From Paraspadella gotoi (Eukaryota > Animalia > Chaetognatha): DNA of 64,000 nucleotides. Shown here in pieces: positions 42,698 to 56,879 of the stretch. Below the pieces are notes generated by a model. The model saw only the letters and a program-made list of their open reading frames with translations. It was not told the origin of the DNA and made no database searches. Position numbers and translations under genes: made by a program. Every line of letters starts with the position of its first letter. The stretch's first letter is position 1. The stretch covers positions 5,566,750-5,630,749 of the forward strand of contig CM119267.1 in assembly GCA_051294375.1 (NCBI GenBank). Direction: 5' to 3'.

Positions 42698-45600
42698 CAC
42701 ACACACACACAAACAGGAGTCTCCAACTCGAGGGGCCGTTCCCGTCGCCTCGCATTATCAATCCAACATTGAAATTTTTTCCGGGAGTCCGGACGCCCGA
42801 GCAAGTCAAAGTGTGTGCTCTCGTCCTCCTCCTCCTCCTCCTCCTTCCTCATTCTTTTCTTCTTCATTTTCCCTCCTATTCCTCAAAATTCTTTTCATCT
42901 GTCTCTTCTTTACTCAATTTACTCGCTTGATCTATCATAAACTACCTATTGCTTACCCTTCTTGCCTACTTCTTCAACGTTTTACCTTTTTCCAGCCAAT
43001 TTAGAAACTCGCCAGCTCTGACAGCTAAATTTCCCCGGACCATTTTCAAACATTACGAAATGGAAATTGTACGACAAAACAACATAATACCGACTATGCT
43101 GGGTTATGGCCTCCATTCCTCTTACAGATAACAGGCCCTTTCAGTTCTAGTTGACTAACTGCCGGGGTGCTTGTTTGCCCATCAATCAAGGGATATGATA
43201 TTGTTTTTAACTGTTTGATTTTGTGTGAAGAGACCAATTTTTTAAGAATTAAGTGGGGAATACCATATATATACTCCGCTACTAGCATTAAAATATATAA
43301 TTATATATGAAATTGGTACAACCAATTCTAAAAATTATCCATTCATTTAATAAATAACTATCTTGTCCCTGGACTTTGGACTTACAAGATAATAACATAG
43401 CAGGTTCTGCAAGCTTCAACTCAAGGACCTCTCTCACAGTTCTTATTTATTCATCTCCCAGTTGAACCTGGCTTCCCTATCAATGAAGGGGTATAATATT
43501 TCAAAGAATATTTCAATTATAATGAAAGGACCACTCCCTTAAGTATTAGATCGGGGAGGGAATACTATATTGTACTCCGCTCTAGCATCAAATACAATAC
43601 ATATATATTATCATTAACCTTACCCCCGCAACCTTCTCCCACCAGTAAAAGCCTTCACCCCGTCCACAACAGCCCGGCCCCACACACATCCTCCACGGAC
43701 GAAAGCTTCGGATCGACTGCAGGTGGCAGAAAAAATGATCCTCGCGACGACCCGCGAGATTTGAGAGAGAGAGAGAGCAGAGAGAGAGACGAGAAGAGAG
43801 AGAGAGAGCGAGAGAGAGAGACGACGACGAGAGAGAGACGAGAGAGAGAGAGCAGAGCACGAGAGAGAGCTGCAGAGAGTGAGGTTAGAGAGGCGGTTAG
43901 TTGAAGCTCGTCGGATCTGTCGCAATCGGATGAAGAGAGAGAGCCAAAGTATATTGGTAACAGTAAATTGCCAATGCCGTCGACAAATACACAATGTGTA
44001 TTAACAAGGTGTATTACACATACAATGCCGAAATTCAATCGGCTCATCAATGACCAATTGAGTTCGCCGTTGGCCTACGCCGATGCCAAGGATAATATCC
44101 TCGATGCAATTTCCCTGCCATTAACGATGTTAATACCGAGGCCGAAGTGTTTTGTGAACCCAACTAACAAACGCCGGTTCCAACGACGGCAAGGCACGAT
44201 TCGAACGTTAAAATGCCTTCAATACTAACGAAGGGAAAGCAAAGTGAAAGGGAAATTAGGGCGAAATTCGGCGAGGAAAACAAAACAAACGGAAAGATAA
44301 ATCAACTACTATAAATAATAAAACTGCTGCAATTTCTTCATCGGCATTGGCCGATTTGTACAAGTTCCCGGAACGCCCGTTCGTAGATGGATTAATTTGA
44401 TTTCGCAAAAAAATAAATAAGTCCGTGCCGTTCGGTGTGATTGTCACAATGCATTTGGCAATGTTCGGGTCTCAAAAAAGTGGACAAGAGCTCCGGAATC
44501 GAAACTCACGACTCTCCGACAACTGGGCTGGCACTCCAAGTAAACACCGATTAGCCTTTTAGTATCGGAATCAACGACCGAATTAGAGAGTAAATTGCCA
44601 CCGTCCACAAACGGACAACAACAACAACGATCTTTTTTTCTTTTCGCTCACGGGACGAAATCGCGGTTTTGATCAAAAACGAGTCGAGCCGAAAGTTGAC
44701 TCCCACTCACCGAGCGTCACGTGATCTTCACGCACGGAATCACGTGAGTACGCGGGGGCGGGGGGTGGAGAATGGGGAAAAGGGGAGGCTATCTTTCTTG
44801 AAAGAGTACGATTTCAGTTTAAAGTTTTTTTTAGGTTTGAGATTAAGTGAGGAATTAGTGAGAGTTCTGGATATAGATTAAGGTTGGGATTAGCGGTTTA
44901 AGATTAGGAGATAAGGTTAGGGACTAAGGTTAGCGATTAGGATTGGAGTTAGAAGATAAGGGTTATAGATTAGGTTATAGATTAGGTTAGGGTAAAATAT
45001 TAAGGCTAGGGTTTAGATAAAATGTTTATAAAAATTTAGGGTTAATATTTATATTAAAATTAAGTTTAGGGATTAGGAAAAGAAACAGGACGCTTCGGAA
45101 AATAGTGCCAGGGGGAAATGGGGGGGAAGAGCATGAATAGGGCGGGAAGGGGGGGGTGCAAAGGTCGACCGTACGGACGAAGATGGACCGAGAGTGAGAA
45201 TCGCGTTAATTGGCATGAAAGTCACCAGCTCGAGATTCGATGCAAAGGTCGTGATATATTCTGTGAATCATTGGGGGTCGAGAAAAATAATGGTGAAAGT
45301 AGTGAAAAGTGTGAAATCGGTTGGAGAAGTCTAATACATAACGAGCCAACTTTATGAGGACATATGTATGTGCATTGTGGATTTAAGTACAACTTCGAAG
45401 TAATTATTGATAAAATATTGTGCGGGGAAAAATTGTGAATCCAAAAAGTGGAGGCAAGGGTCTGGAAATTGTGGTTGGAAAAATGGGTTGGAGTCAGCTG
45501 AGAAATTAAGGTGGAGAAATAAGGTGAGAGAAATAAGGTGGAAAATAAGGTGGAGAACATAAAGGTTGCAGCGTGGAAGATAGAAAGAGAATGAAAAAGT

Positions 45601-46889
45601 GAAAGATGATTGAAAAATGGGAAAATGAAGATATTACTCTACATGAACAAGAAAACTTCACTCCCGCGAATGAATAATAAAAAAAAAAAAAAAAAGAAGA
45701 ATGAAAGAAGGTAAAAAAGATGATCATTAACAATTGAATATTGAATACTGAAGATCCGAGGATAATGAGAGAATTTACCCTACTGATGAAGAAACAAAAG
45801 TTAATTAAAGAAATGAATAATGAAAATAAAAAAAAAAAGGCAGAAGGAAGGACGAAGACGAAATCCTGAACCAAAGAAAATTCAGAGACTCGAAAAAGAT
45901 AAGGTCCGTCAAAGGTTAACGATTCCCGGGGGTAAGGGTTTAAGGAATTAGTTCTTCGCAAGTGGGAGGATCAAGGACAGTTTGATATTAAAAGCGGCGT
46001 CCGTCGCTGTTCCGGCGGCGTCCGGCGCCGCCCGCCCAATCGCCCGCTGTCCAGTCGTCCATCCCGATGTCCGGCAGGGCTTAAGCCCCTCTTCCTTCCC
46101 TTCTTTCTTTCCTTCCTTTTTATGGGCGGCCATTGTTTGTCAAAAAAAAAAAAAACTCGCCCTCTAAACCTTGATCCCATAAAGCTGAAGTTTCTTTTGC
46201 CATTTGCGAGTATATCGAGTTGTTGTGTTTTTTTTTTGTTTAATGTTACCGATGACGAGACTGGGTTATTACACGTTTTGTTGTTAAATTGAAAGGAACA
46301 AAAAAATATCGTTCTGTCGATAAGGCCAGTTGAGAATTAGACTCTGTCGATCAAACCGGAAAACCAAAAACATTCCTGCCGCAAAACAGAGTGCAATCTC
46401 TGCTTTGGTCCTTGAATATAAATTCTCTGTTTTCTCTCTCCTTTGATCCGTAAACATTGCAGGCAAGTTAATCGTCACGTATGAGACTCTTTCAAGCGCT
46501 CACCTATTCCCTACCTCATGTTATTATGATGAGCGCTATTCAAACGTCTCACTTTATTAGAAAAACTAAAACCTTTTAGAAAGTCACATTCCTGCAATCC
46601 ACTTCCCGTTTTTTAGAATTTTATTTTAAAATTGAAAGAAATCATCTGAAGAGTTACAGCCCAAATGAACAGCCTACAAAATTTTATCTTTCAAGAAATT
46701 CACAATCATTTCTATTCATACAGAAAACGTCTCCCAGACTCACTGGCAAAGTTTGGGGGCTATCCACAACATCAGAATCACTTCAGTACCTTCTTTTACT
46801 ATGTATATTGTATATTGTATAAGCTTCACCTTCTTAGATCTTTAACAGCGGGCTCATTTGAGTTTCTTCCCTACCGTCTTTAAAAATCG

Positions 46890-46970
46890 GGCTCCGCTTA
46901 GGATGTCCCTCCATCAGTTCTTCCCCGAGAGGGCGGACCGAAATTGAGCTCCCGGTCCGGGCGAAACTCC
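46890..46970 (+). ncRNA. GC-rich structured island with HDV-ribozyme-like strand order (degenerate)
   Basis: P1 GGCTCCG / CGGA-CC, P2 GGAtGT / ACTCC, P3 CCC / GGG, L3 starting TCC, J4/2 GGCGAA. L3 is oversized (21 nt) and P1.1 and P4 are poor. Confidence 0.25.
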
Positions 46971-48521
46971 CAGACGCCAACAGAGTTAATCAGCCTCTCT
47001 CCCTCTCCCAACGTCCAATCTCTTTTTAGCGCTCCTTTTTTTTAAAGTATAATTTTAAAAGTTCAAAACTTTAATACAAATAAATATTATCAATTTTAAT
47101 TGAGTATTTGCTTCTGAATACGATAATTAGATATCGGAGCCGTTAAAATTTTTTTTGGATATCTAGAAGTGGTACAACCAATATAAATTAAAAATTTTGA
47201 ATTCATTCAATAAATAAGCTATTGACTTTATTATTTATATGAAATAAAACTCTCTAATTGCATTAGATAGTGAATCAAGATTAGATCTGAGAGGTAAATG
47301 GAATGTATGAAATGTTAATCATTCGGCAAACAACGAAAGAACCGCTTTGAAGGTATCCCCCTTTATAAAATATGAGTCAAATCTTTCGGTTATAACTTTT
47401 TTGTTAATTTTCATAAAGTCAACAGTTACAATGTCATTCTCTTTTTAGATATCCAAAAAAAAAAAGATTACTTTTTCAACCCTCGATATCCCTCCTCCTC
47501 CGAGCCGCTCCTCCATTCGAAATCAATCTCGCTTAAGCGCCTCGTTTCTCTTTACCCATCGACTCTCCGCCCCCCCCTTTCCCACTTCGCCCCCCCCCTT
47601 CCTCTCTCTCTCTCCCGCCAAAACGATGAACGCTGAAACTTATCCAAGACTCACTCCTCATAGTTTTCTCATAAATCTCCGGCCGTTCGTTTTGAGGCGG
47701 GTGAGCGACGCAAGTACTTACTCCCTCGTCTTTTCTCTAGATTCTTTCGAATGTCCCTTACCTTTTTTATATGACGCTTCATATGAACCGGCTTTGAAGG
47801 ACGCTTAAACCTCACTCTTACGCGTTCCCTTAAATACTCGCTTCGATCAATACCTTTTGAAATAGTAAAAAAAAGAAAAGATTCGCTTTCACAATTAAAT
47901 GATAACAAAATCTCATTTGCATATTGCAGTAAACAAAATTTTGCTTTGTTATATTCTTTTTGGTTAAATAAAGATTGTTATCATACAAAATTCGGAAATA
48001 ATTTTAATGATATTTTTTGTCAAAAAGTAGTTAAATTTATTTTTAATTATCTAAAAATACTTTTTGAGACTATTATCTAATTCACCAAAGCGAAAATTGA
48101 GAAAAATTTAATTATTCCTTTATTCTAACTACTACTTTAGCAAAACTAAGAGCCCGCATTGGGCGCCACTCTAAAATAAAAATTTGACTCCCTAACCATT
48201 GCGGTCAGGGTGATGTTAATTGGACACTTACTTCAAGCCTTCCCTAATTGTAGTTGTTAGGTTGACGTGAAACACTAATTGTCTTTACCCATTTCCTGTT
48301 CTATCCTTTTCTATTCTTTCTTATTCTTAATATTTTCACCCTCCTCTCTCTTCCTCATCTTTCTTTCCCTTAAGCCAACCCCCGATTCCTTCTCGTCCGC
48401 ACAAACTGCCGGGTCTCCTTATCTCCTTTCTTTTTTTCCTCTCTCTCTCTCCCTTTGATTTTGGCTGCCTTCTTCCCCCCCTCCTTTTCAGTGTCACTTG
48501 GCCTGTGATAAGAAATCACCA

Positions 48522-48655
48522 CGGTCTGTCGGTGTGTCCGTCGGTCGGTCTGTCGGTCTGTCCGTCATAACTCGACTTTAGTTGGTTGCTCATTTGTTAA
48601 GACAGTAAAAAACCTCAAATCTAAGTGACTGCTTGCGCCGCCTTTTGTTTTTATT
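48522..48655 (+). mobile_element. Internal fragment of the HINE-like family
   Basis: (GGTC/GTCC)n followed by tagttggttgctcatttgttaagacagtaaaaaacctcaaatctaagtgactgcttgcgccgcc. Confidence 0.7.
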
Positions 48656-49110
48656 AATGTCTTTTGTTTAGGACAAATATTTCCGAAACGAATGTCCGTT
48701 CGCTGAAAGATTAAAGTCTAAGATAACTATACCATCAAATAATGAACTCCCTTTTGTAATATTTCGAGAACCCCAACTGTACTCGTCCGACTATCCCCCG
48801 GACGTAACCCACTTCTTAAACATATCATAATAAATAAAACGCATCAAATTAAATACTTAAAGATGATACTAATTTCCTAATCCGACGCCGACCCCAAATA
48901 TCTCCAACCCTGGCGACTGCCAGCGGCCCCCGCCATCCCCAGTCGCCCACCGTCACTCCCTACCGCCCCCCTTTCTCGCTCATTAACGCATCTCGGGCTC
49001 TTCCCACTTTTTTTTCCTCTCTCGTCTTAATCATTTTTTACGCCCACCACAAAAAAACAAAAAAAAATATGGAGACGACGTCGGGCGACGGGAATAAATA
49101 AACAAACCCA

Positions 49111-49221
49111 GTTCGTGGTTCCGCCCAGAAGACGCCCTCCGATCGCACGGCGAGAAGATGGAGAGAAAAAAAGGAAGGGGAAAATAAAACCGATATAATG
49201 ACGCTCTTCATATCAACTGAT

Positions 49222-49254
<33 letters not shown>

Positions 49255-49456
49255 GAAGAGAGAGAGTAGGTACTAGAGAGTAGAGAGAGAGACGAGAGAG
49301 AGAGAGAGAGACGAAACACAGATGCCANNNNNNNNNNNNNNNNNNNNNNNNNTGAATGAAGACGTCATTATATCGGTTTTTATTTTCCCCTTCCTTTTTT
49401 TCTCTCCATCTTCTCGCCGTGCGATCGGAGGGCGTCTTCTGGGCGGAACCACGAAC
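49111..49456. repeat. ~100 bp inverted duplication around a 25-N gap
   Basis: 49111-49210 is the reverse complement of 49357-49456; N run at 49328-49352. Confidence 0.9.
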
Positions 49457-49954
49457 TTACCATTTCCTTACCCGGATTTCCGACTAATGACGAGTTTCGA
49501 GTAAGTCACGAAATTATATCTTTGCTCGGAAAAGCGCTGCATCTTCACTCAGATATATTCTAAATCAATGGATAATGCTTTATTGGTTGTACCAATTTCA
49601 TTATTATGAATTAGCAATGATTTGTATTACTAAAAGGTCCTTTTACATTAATCTTGATTTTAAATTAGACTTAGTCTTGCTTGCTGTCATTGTTGGTACT
49701 GAATCAACCATACTGAATTGGAAATAAATCGTATAATTAACTCATGTTACCATGAACGCTTGTTGCGTTATTTCACTCTAGTCAACTCTTTCTTCATTAA
49801 CCCCGGTTTTGCCGAAATCCCTCTCGCTTGAACTTACCTCGACTTACCTCACGTCACCTTACCTTTTCTCCGCCGGACTTCTTCCTCGAGAAGGAAAACG
49901 AAAATACTTGGAAGATTAGAATCTCGAAGCTACAACCGAAGGAAAGGGTCGAGA

Positions 49955-50075
<121 letters not shown>

Positions 50076-50210
50076 CGTCGTCGTTTAAAACGCCAAGGTC
50101 AGCGTTAGGCAATCCTTGTTTCCAAGGGCCTTTTTTCCACGGGCTGTTTTGACCCTGGCTTGACCCCGGGGGTTGACCTCCAAAGATCACGGAGGAAGAA
50201 AGAGAGCGAG

Positions 50211-50251
<41 letters not shown>

Positions 50252-50743
50252 CGCGTCGCTTGGAAACGGGAAAGAGAAAACGGAGTCGTTGTTGTTGTTG
50301 TTGTTTTTGTTGTTGTGGTCGATATCGTGTTTCTTCCTCATTGGAAAAACCTCGTCGTCGTCAGTGTCGTCGTCCTTGTTGTCGTCGTCTACGTCGTTGT
50401 CGTCGTCTTCGTCGTCATCATCGTCGTTATCATTATTCTCGAGGTCAGAGTCCTTGAGTTTTGTTGGTCTCGTACTCGTGGATTCTTATAACGGTCAAAA
50501 AACAGAATTAGTATAGAGAATTTATTATTGAAAAATTGGAATACAAATATAAAAGACAGTGACATTCGGAACAAGGCAAACGGCGAAAGTTGCACAAATC
50601 AACACAACTGTGACTTTTTAAAACATTCGACTTTTTTCAGAATGCAAAATAAAATTTGGAGAAAGACAAATAATTTGTCTTGTCTCCAAATTTATTTTGC
50701 ATTCTGCCCGCCCCCGGTCCACTTTCTAGTCTCTCTTCTCTCT

Positions 50744-50830
<87 letters not shown>

Positions 50831-50842
50831 CTCTCTCCTCTC

Positions 50843-50915
<73 letters not shown>

Positions 50916-50934
50916 CTGACTCTCCTCTCTTCTC

Positions 50935-50999
<65 letters not shown>

Positions 51000-51294
51000 C
51001 TCAATATATTCATCTTCCTCCTTTTGTTTCTCCAATTCGCCTTTATTCGCTAAATTAAACAAATCGTCGCGAAAGGAAGTTTTCTCGCCCACCGCACGGC
51101 GTTGGTCTCGGAGAGACGAGCGTTTCCGGACGGAAAGAGGAGGTGGAAGCAGGGAGTGGGTGGAGGAGTGTGGAGCTGGGTAAAATAAGAGAGGGAGGTA
51201 GGGGAAGCGGAGGGAGAAATTGGATGAAGCTGGGTTTCTTTTCTTTGGGCTGCCTTCGTCAATAATAATGAGAGAGAGAGAGAGAGAACGAGAA

Positions 51295-51341
<47 letters not shown>

Positions 51342-51818
51342 TGCTATCTTTTATCCATTTAAGCCTAGTCTTCAGAATTTTCGCGAAAAAAACTGTTACT
51401 TTTTCTATCTAAAAGAAATCGTTAATTATTTAAATTGCGTTAATTCAGTTAATGATAGGGAGTAGTTTTTACTAATTAATAAAATCTAATCCACCGACGA
51501 CTCTTTATTCGAATTTATTTTTTTCCTTAATCAAAATTTTGGGTCGAGAACATCCCGACGTAATTGTACGCAGCATAAAATTCTGCGCGCGCACGTTTCC
51601 GAACCAATAAAAAAAGAAAAAAAAAATTCTAAAAAAAGAAATCCATCGAATTTGAAACGTCGTCTTTCGGCGTCGAAAATCGTAACGCGGTCTTCACTTC
51701 GAACGACGTTTAACGTCCTCGGTCTTTCTCCGCGAAGCTTTACGACTATTACGAAAAACAAATTCCCGTCGGGAGCTGGTGACGACATCCAGACCCGCCC
51801 GCGCCCCCCCCCCTTTTT

Positions 51819-52027
51819 AGTTGCGCCGCGAGTAATCGCGAAGCAACTCTATAAGTCACTTTTCGGTCGGTCTGTCGGTCCGTCCCACTTACGTTAAAAA
51901 TGCATATAATTCGCCTATACTTGGTTTCTCATTTGTTAAGACAAGAAAAAACCTCAAATCTAAGGGTCTGCTCGCGCCGCCTTCAAGAAATCTTAAAACT
52001 ATAAGGAATGAAAGACTCGATGCAGCG
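51819..52027 (+). mobile_element. HINE-like copy with intact 5' end; 3' subTIR not seen
   Basis: ttttt|agttgcgccgcgagtaatcgcgaagcaactctataagtcact followed by the microsatellite and core. Confidence 0.78.
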
Positions 52028-52196
52028 CGAGGAGGCGAGGGAGGAGGGAGCAGAGAGGTGAGACAAGAGAGGAGCGCTGGAGACGGAGATGGCGAGGCAA
52101 AATATGAATATTTTTTCCTCATTCGATCCCCTGCGGCTGGAGGTCAACGCGTGCTCTTTCAAATAGAGATCTTCAAGCTATTGCTTGTTTCATTCG

Positions 52197-52266
<70 letters not shown>

Positions 52267-52342
52267 AACAAATTTTTAGATCCAATTTAGTTATTCAGTA
52301 TCAGCTTGTGATCCCGACTCTGAACTCAACGCAATTCCGAAC

Positions 52343-52840
52343 CTACGCCGCCCCGACGCGCCGGGACGCCGCCCGACGAGGAATTCCTAGAAGTCCAAAG
52401 ACTTTCGGCAGCGCCGCTTCCTGCTTGGTGCTTGGTGATTTGGTTCCTCGGGCCAAGAAGTCCCCCTTGGGTGTCGTAAAGTGGAGCAGATTTTTTTTTT
52501 CCCGCCAGGACTCGTCGAATATTTCCCGATTGAAACTCATCGTGCTCTCGATCGGCAGTCCTCCCGAAACTAATCCTCGCGCCCGCTCGATGACAAATTC
52601 GTGGCGCCATCGATGAAATTGTTTTTTTTTTCGCTCTTGCCGTCGACGCCCGCAGCTGATTTCGCCACGGCTTCCGCCACGCCCACGGACCCTGCGGTCC
52701 ATCCCCTTCTCTCCTCTCTCCCCAACGCCGCCTTCGACGACGATTATTTCACATTGACGGATCGGACGTTTTTGAGAAAATTGTCGCGGGGTCATCGGCC
52801 GCCGGCGTCCCGACGTCGTGGCGCCAATCAACGACCGCAC
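52343..52840 (-). CDS. Possible exon(s) of an unknown protein in a GC-rich island
   Basis: Non-repetitive open frame ...WRHEFVIERARGLVSGGLPIESTMSFNREIFDESWREKKNLLHFTTPKGDFLARG... No family recognised, and the mirror copy is frameshifted. Confidence 0.2.
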   Translation of the reverse strand: MRSLIGATTSGRRRPMTPRQFSQKRPIRQCEIIVVEGGVGERGEKGMDRRVRGRGGSRGEISCGRRRQERKKKQFHRWRHEFVIERARGLVSGGLPIESTMSFNREIFDESWREKKNLLHFTTPKGDFLARGTKSPSTKQEAALPKVFGLLGIPRRAASRRVGAA

Positions 52841-53165
52841 GAAGGCGGTCGTCGTCGCCGCGAATTATCGGAGGCGGCGTCGGCGGCTTCGGCGGGGGTC
52901 TGCGGGTTTCGTCGCGTCGGCCGGTGTCGGTCGGCCCCGATTTGCCTTTCTTTCGGAAGGGTGGGTGCGCCCAATAAATTATTATCCATCAACGGATTTA
53001 CGTTTCGGTCGTTCGGACAATGGGGATCGGAAAATCGAGAAGACCGGAAAGTTTGAGGGTGGGGGGAGGTGGGGTGGGGAGGGAGGAGGGGGGAGGGGCG
53101 TTGGAGTTTTGAAAAAAAAATTTGAGGGGCGAAGATATCGATGAGAAAAACAAGAACGGTGATTA

Positions 53166-53218
53166 CAAGGTTGTTGCGCCGGCAGTGAACTTTATTTTAT
53201 GACATGTATTTTAAACAT
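53166..53218 (-). mobile_element. 3' end of a HINE-like copy truncated by the gap
   Basis: Minus strand ...cactgccggcgcaacaaccttg matches the 3' ends at 10028-10040 and 24952-24967. Confidence 0.6.
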
Positions 53219-53811
53219 NNNNNNNNNNNNNNNNNNNNNNNNNGACGCCGCCTCGTTGCGTCGTTGATTGGCGCCACGACGTCGACGCCGGCGCCGATGA
53301 CCCCGCGACAATTTCTCAAAAACGTCCGATCGTCAATCGCGGGAATAATTTCGTCCGGTCGAAGGCGGCGTTGGGGAGAAGAGGAGAGAAAGGGGATGGA
53401 CCAGGGTCGGGTGGGCGTGGCGGAAGCCGTGGCGATCAGCTGCGGGCGTCGACGGTCATGAGCGAAAAAAAAATTTCATCGATGGCGCCACGAATTTGTC
53501 ATCGAGCGGCGCCGAGGATTAGTTTCTGGAGGACGCCGATTCGAGAGCATCGATGAGTTGCCATCGGGAAATATTCGACGCCTGGCGGAAAAAAAAAATC
53601 TGCTCCACTTTACGACACCCAAGGGGGGACTTCTCGGCCCGAGGACCAAGCACCAAGCACCAAGCAGGAAGCGGCGCTGCCGAAAGTCTTTGGACTTCTA
53701 GGAATTCCCTCGTCAGGCGGCGTCGGGCGGCGTAGGGTTCGGAATTGCGTGGAGTTCAGAGTCGGGATCACAAGCTGAATACTGAATAATAAATTGGATC
53801 TAAAATTTGTT

Positions 53812-53883
<72 letters not shown>

Positions 53884-53997
53884 CGAATCGGAAACAAGCA
53901 TATGCTTGATTCGAAATCTCTATATTGAAAGAGCACGCGTTGACTCAGAGCAAAGAGGATCGAATGAGGAAAAATATTCATATTTGTCTCTCTCTGC

Positions 53998-54049
<52 letters not shown>

Positions 54050-54979
54050 TTTATCTCCGTCATTGTCTTCCCGGAGTTTTTGACATCCGTTTGCATAAAT
54101 AATCCATTAAACGCATTTTTTTGTCTCTACGCGAGTTTTTAAAACACCGAGGCGCTGAAAAACATGACGGCGGCGGCTGAGCGGCGTCGGCTGCGCCGAG
54201 CTGCAAAACATGGCACTAAAACAAAAGGGCGTCGACGATGAAAAAGAAATTCGCGGCTCAAACGCCCAACGAATTTTTGCATTTTTCCTTTTTCTTCATT
54301 CATTCCAGTTTTCATCTTTTTTTTCTGGTTTTTTTTCTTTCTGTTTTTTGTTTTGTTTTTGTTTTTTCCATTTCTACGCATATTCATCGCCAACTTGTGG
54401 AGAATATCTGTTCTAGGTTTGAAAAAAAGGAATTTAGACAAAATGTTTTTAAAAATTCAAAAAAAAAAAAATTAAGGAGGACGAGAAGTAAAAAGCGAAC
54501 ATAAAAATATTCGTACGGGTTGGAAAATTTAATATCTGATTACATTGTCAATTGATTGCAAGTTGGATTGCCAAAAAAGGTCAGTAAGGTTTTTTGGCCG
54601 TAATATTCTTTCTGGGAATCTACAAAGTCATTTATCATTTATCATTTATCATTTATTTCGTGTAAAGTTCTTAATCCTCATTAAAACTATAAACTAATAA
54701 CCAAAAACAACGTATATAATTATAGGCATATAAAATTGGTACAATCAAAATCAAAATCAAAAATTGTGTTTAAGAACCCTTGACATTAGTCGAGCTTTGA
54801 CGCTTCACCAATATTCTCTCTTTTTCAACCTTTCTACCATCGTCACTCCCCCACCACCCCCCCCCCGAAGGCAGGACACGCCCCTCGAGTCTTGCTCTCG
54901 ATTCCAACTCGGAAGACAAAAGCTTCCGGACTTGAATTCTCCCCACGGCGAGTCTCGTCGGTCGTCGTCGTCGTCGTCG

Positions 54980-55016
<37 letters not shown>

Positions 55017-56802
55017 GCAAATCTCCCCTCGTAAAACCCGGAATGTCTCACCATTAAGTTTCGCGCTTCAAGATTCGCGGTTACGCCGAAGGGATCTTCG
55101 TCTTCGTCGTCGTCTTCGTCGTCGTCTTCGTCGTCGTCGTCGTCGTACTTATCGATACTGACGCGAAAGATATTTTACTTACGTTTTATTCTATTTATAA
55201 TTGAATTTTATACATACGAAAATTTGTAAATTACTTGTTTCACTATTTTCTATTTTTCTATTTTTCTATTTTAATATTTTTATAAATCATTTAGGATATA
55301 TTTTTTTAAAGATGTAATTTATATTTTTCATTGAGAGTTCGCCATCAATTGAATTCGCGACGTCGTGTTTTTGATCTAGAAAGATAGAATTAAAAAATTC
55401 AGTTTCAGAATTTCAGGGTAAGGCATCGAAGAAAAGAACGACAAAGCCCTGCCAATTCAATTCTCACCAAATTTTCTCACTTCTTTTTCCCTCGACCTTA
55501 CCCTCTCTCCTTTCCTCACTTTTTTTGTTTAAAATTTCTCTTCTTCTAACTGCCCAACTCTACTTCAAAACGCCGCCGGTCAGGAACGCTTCTGCCCTCA
55601 ACGTGCCAAGGCGGGCGTTATGTAAATCAAAGGTCGTTGCTGAGAGCTCAGACGGCAGCGTCGGCGTCGGCGGAAGCGTCGGCGTTGGGGGCAGCGCCGC
55701 AGCGGCGTTGGCGAAGTCGGCGTCGGTCGCTACCGAACTTTAGTCCAGTCCTTGAACTGGGAGACGTCGAACGAGTCTTAACCATAAAGACGACGACGGC
55801 GATAACGAGTACGACGACGACGACGATGAAGTCGACGAAAACCTCTTCGTTTTCGTCTTATCTTCTGACCAACGATCGAGAATAAGACATCTGCCGTCAG
55901 TCTCGTTACAAAATTATCGCTTCCCTACCCAAGATTCCAACTCCCAACTTCCCGTCTCCCACTTTCCCCCTTAACCCCTTCCCACTTCCCCCCTTAACCC
56001 CTTCCCGCTTCCAGCTTCCCGTCTTCCCTCTATCAACTTATGATCTTCCCGAAAGGGGTGACACCATCGATTAGATTATAATATTCGTGCACTTTCCCAG
56101 ATATTAATAATGGCACGATACTTAGACTGGAAAACAATGCAAATAAAATCAAATGATAATCAAATAATATCCCAAATAATAATGATCATAAATCATGAAT
56201 CTTTTAATGTCCGTTGACGAGAATTAGGCTCTATCACCACTTCTCCCCCTCCCCTTTCCCGCTACCAACTTCCCGTCCCCAACTTCCCGTCTTTCGCTTC
56301 CAACTTCCCGTCTCCCGCTTGACTCACCCTCGTCAAAAGGTCGCGAGGGTCGACTCAGTTGTTTTTTCCTTTAAAACAAAAGTGAGGTACATGAATCAAG
56401 CTTCGGTTAGACGAGCGGACGTCGACAGAAATAATGCGAGAGAAAAAAAGGGCAATAAATCTTGTATCTGATTCTCATAAGATCGAAAGCTCGGAGCAGC
56501 TTTTGCAGAATCGACTTGGGAAGAAAAATTAAACAACTTTGAAAAAAAATAATGAGTCGATGTGGCGCGACACCCCCAGTCGACCTGGCGAGATGACCCC
56601 CTGACAATATAGCCATCTTTCAATCTATCTATTCACGTCTACGTCTGTTCATAAAGACAATTATCTCCTTTTCTCTCTCTCTCTTTCTATCTTTCTTAGT
56701 TTTTCTCTTTCTATTTTGCTCTCTTAGTCACTCTCGGTCTGTCTGTCTGACTTTTATTTCCTCTCTTTTCTATTTCATTCTTTCTTTCATTTGTTCTTTC
56801 TG

Positions 56803-56879
<77 letters not shown>

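Larger units (their letters stand above)
36470..46689 (+). repeat. ~5 kb direct duplication (36470-41406 and 41688-46689) plus an exact 246-bp copy (41417-41662 of 40973-41218); probable assembly or haplotype artefact
   Basis: Collinear throughout; the second copy is rich in 1-bp insertions; the copies are separated by 10-N and 25-N gaps. Confidence 0.92.
52098..53985. repeat. ~750 bp inverted duplication around a 25-N gap (arms ~52098-52850 and 53244-53985)
   Basis: For example ctagaagtccaaagactttcggcagcgcc versus ggcgctgccgaaagtctttggacttctag; N run at 53219-53243. Confidence 0.9.
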
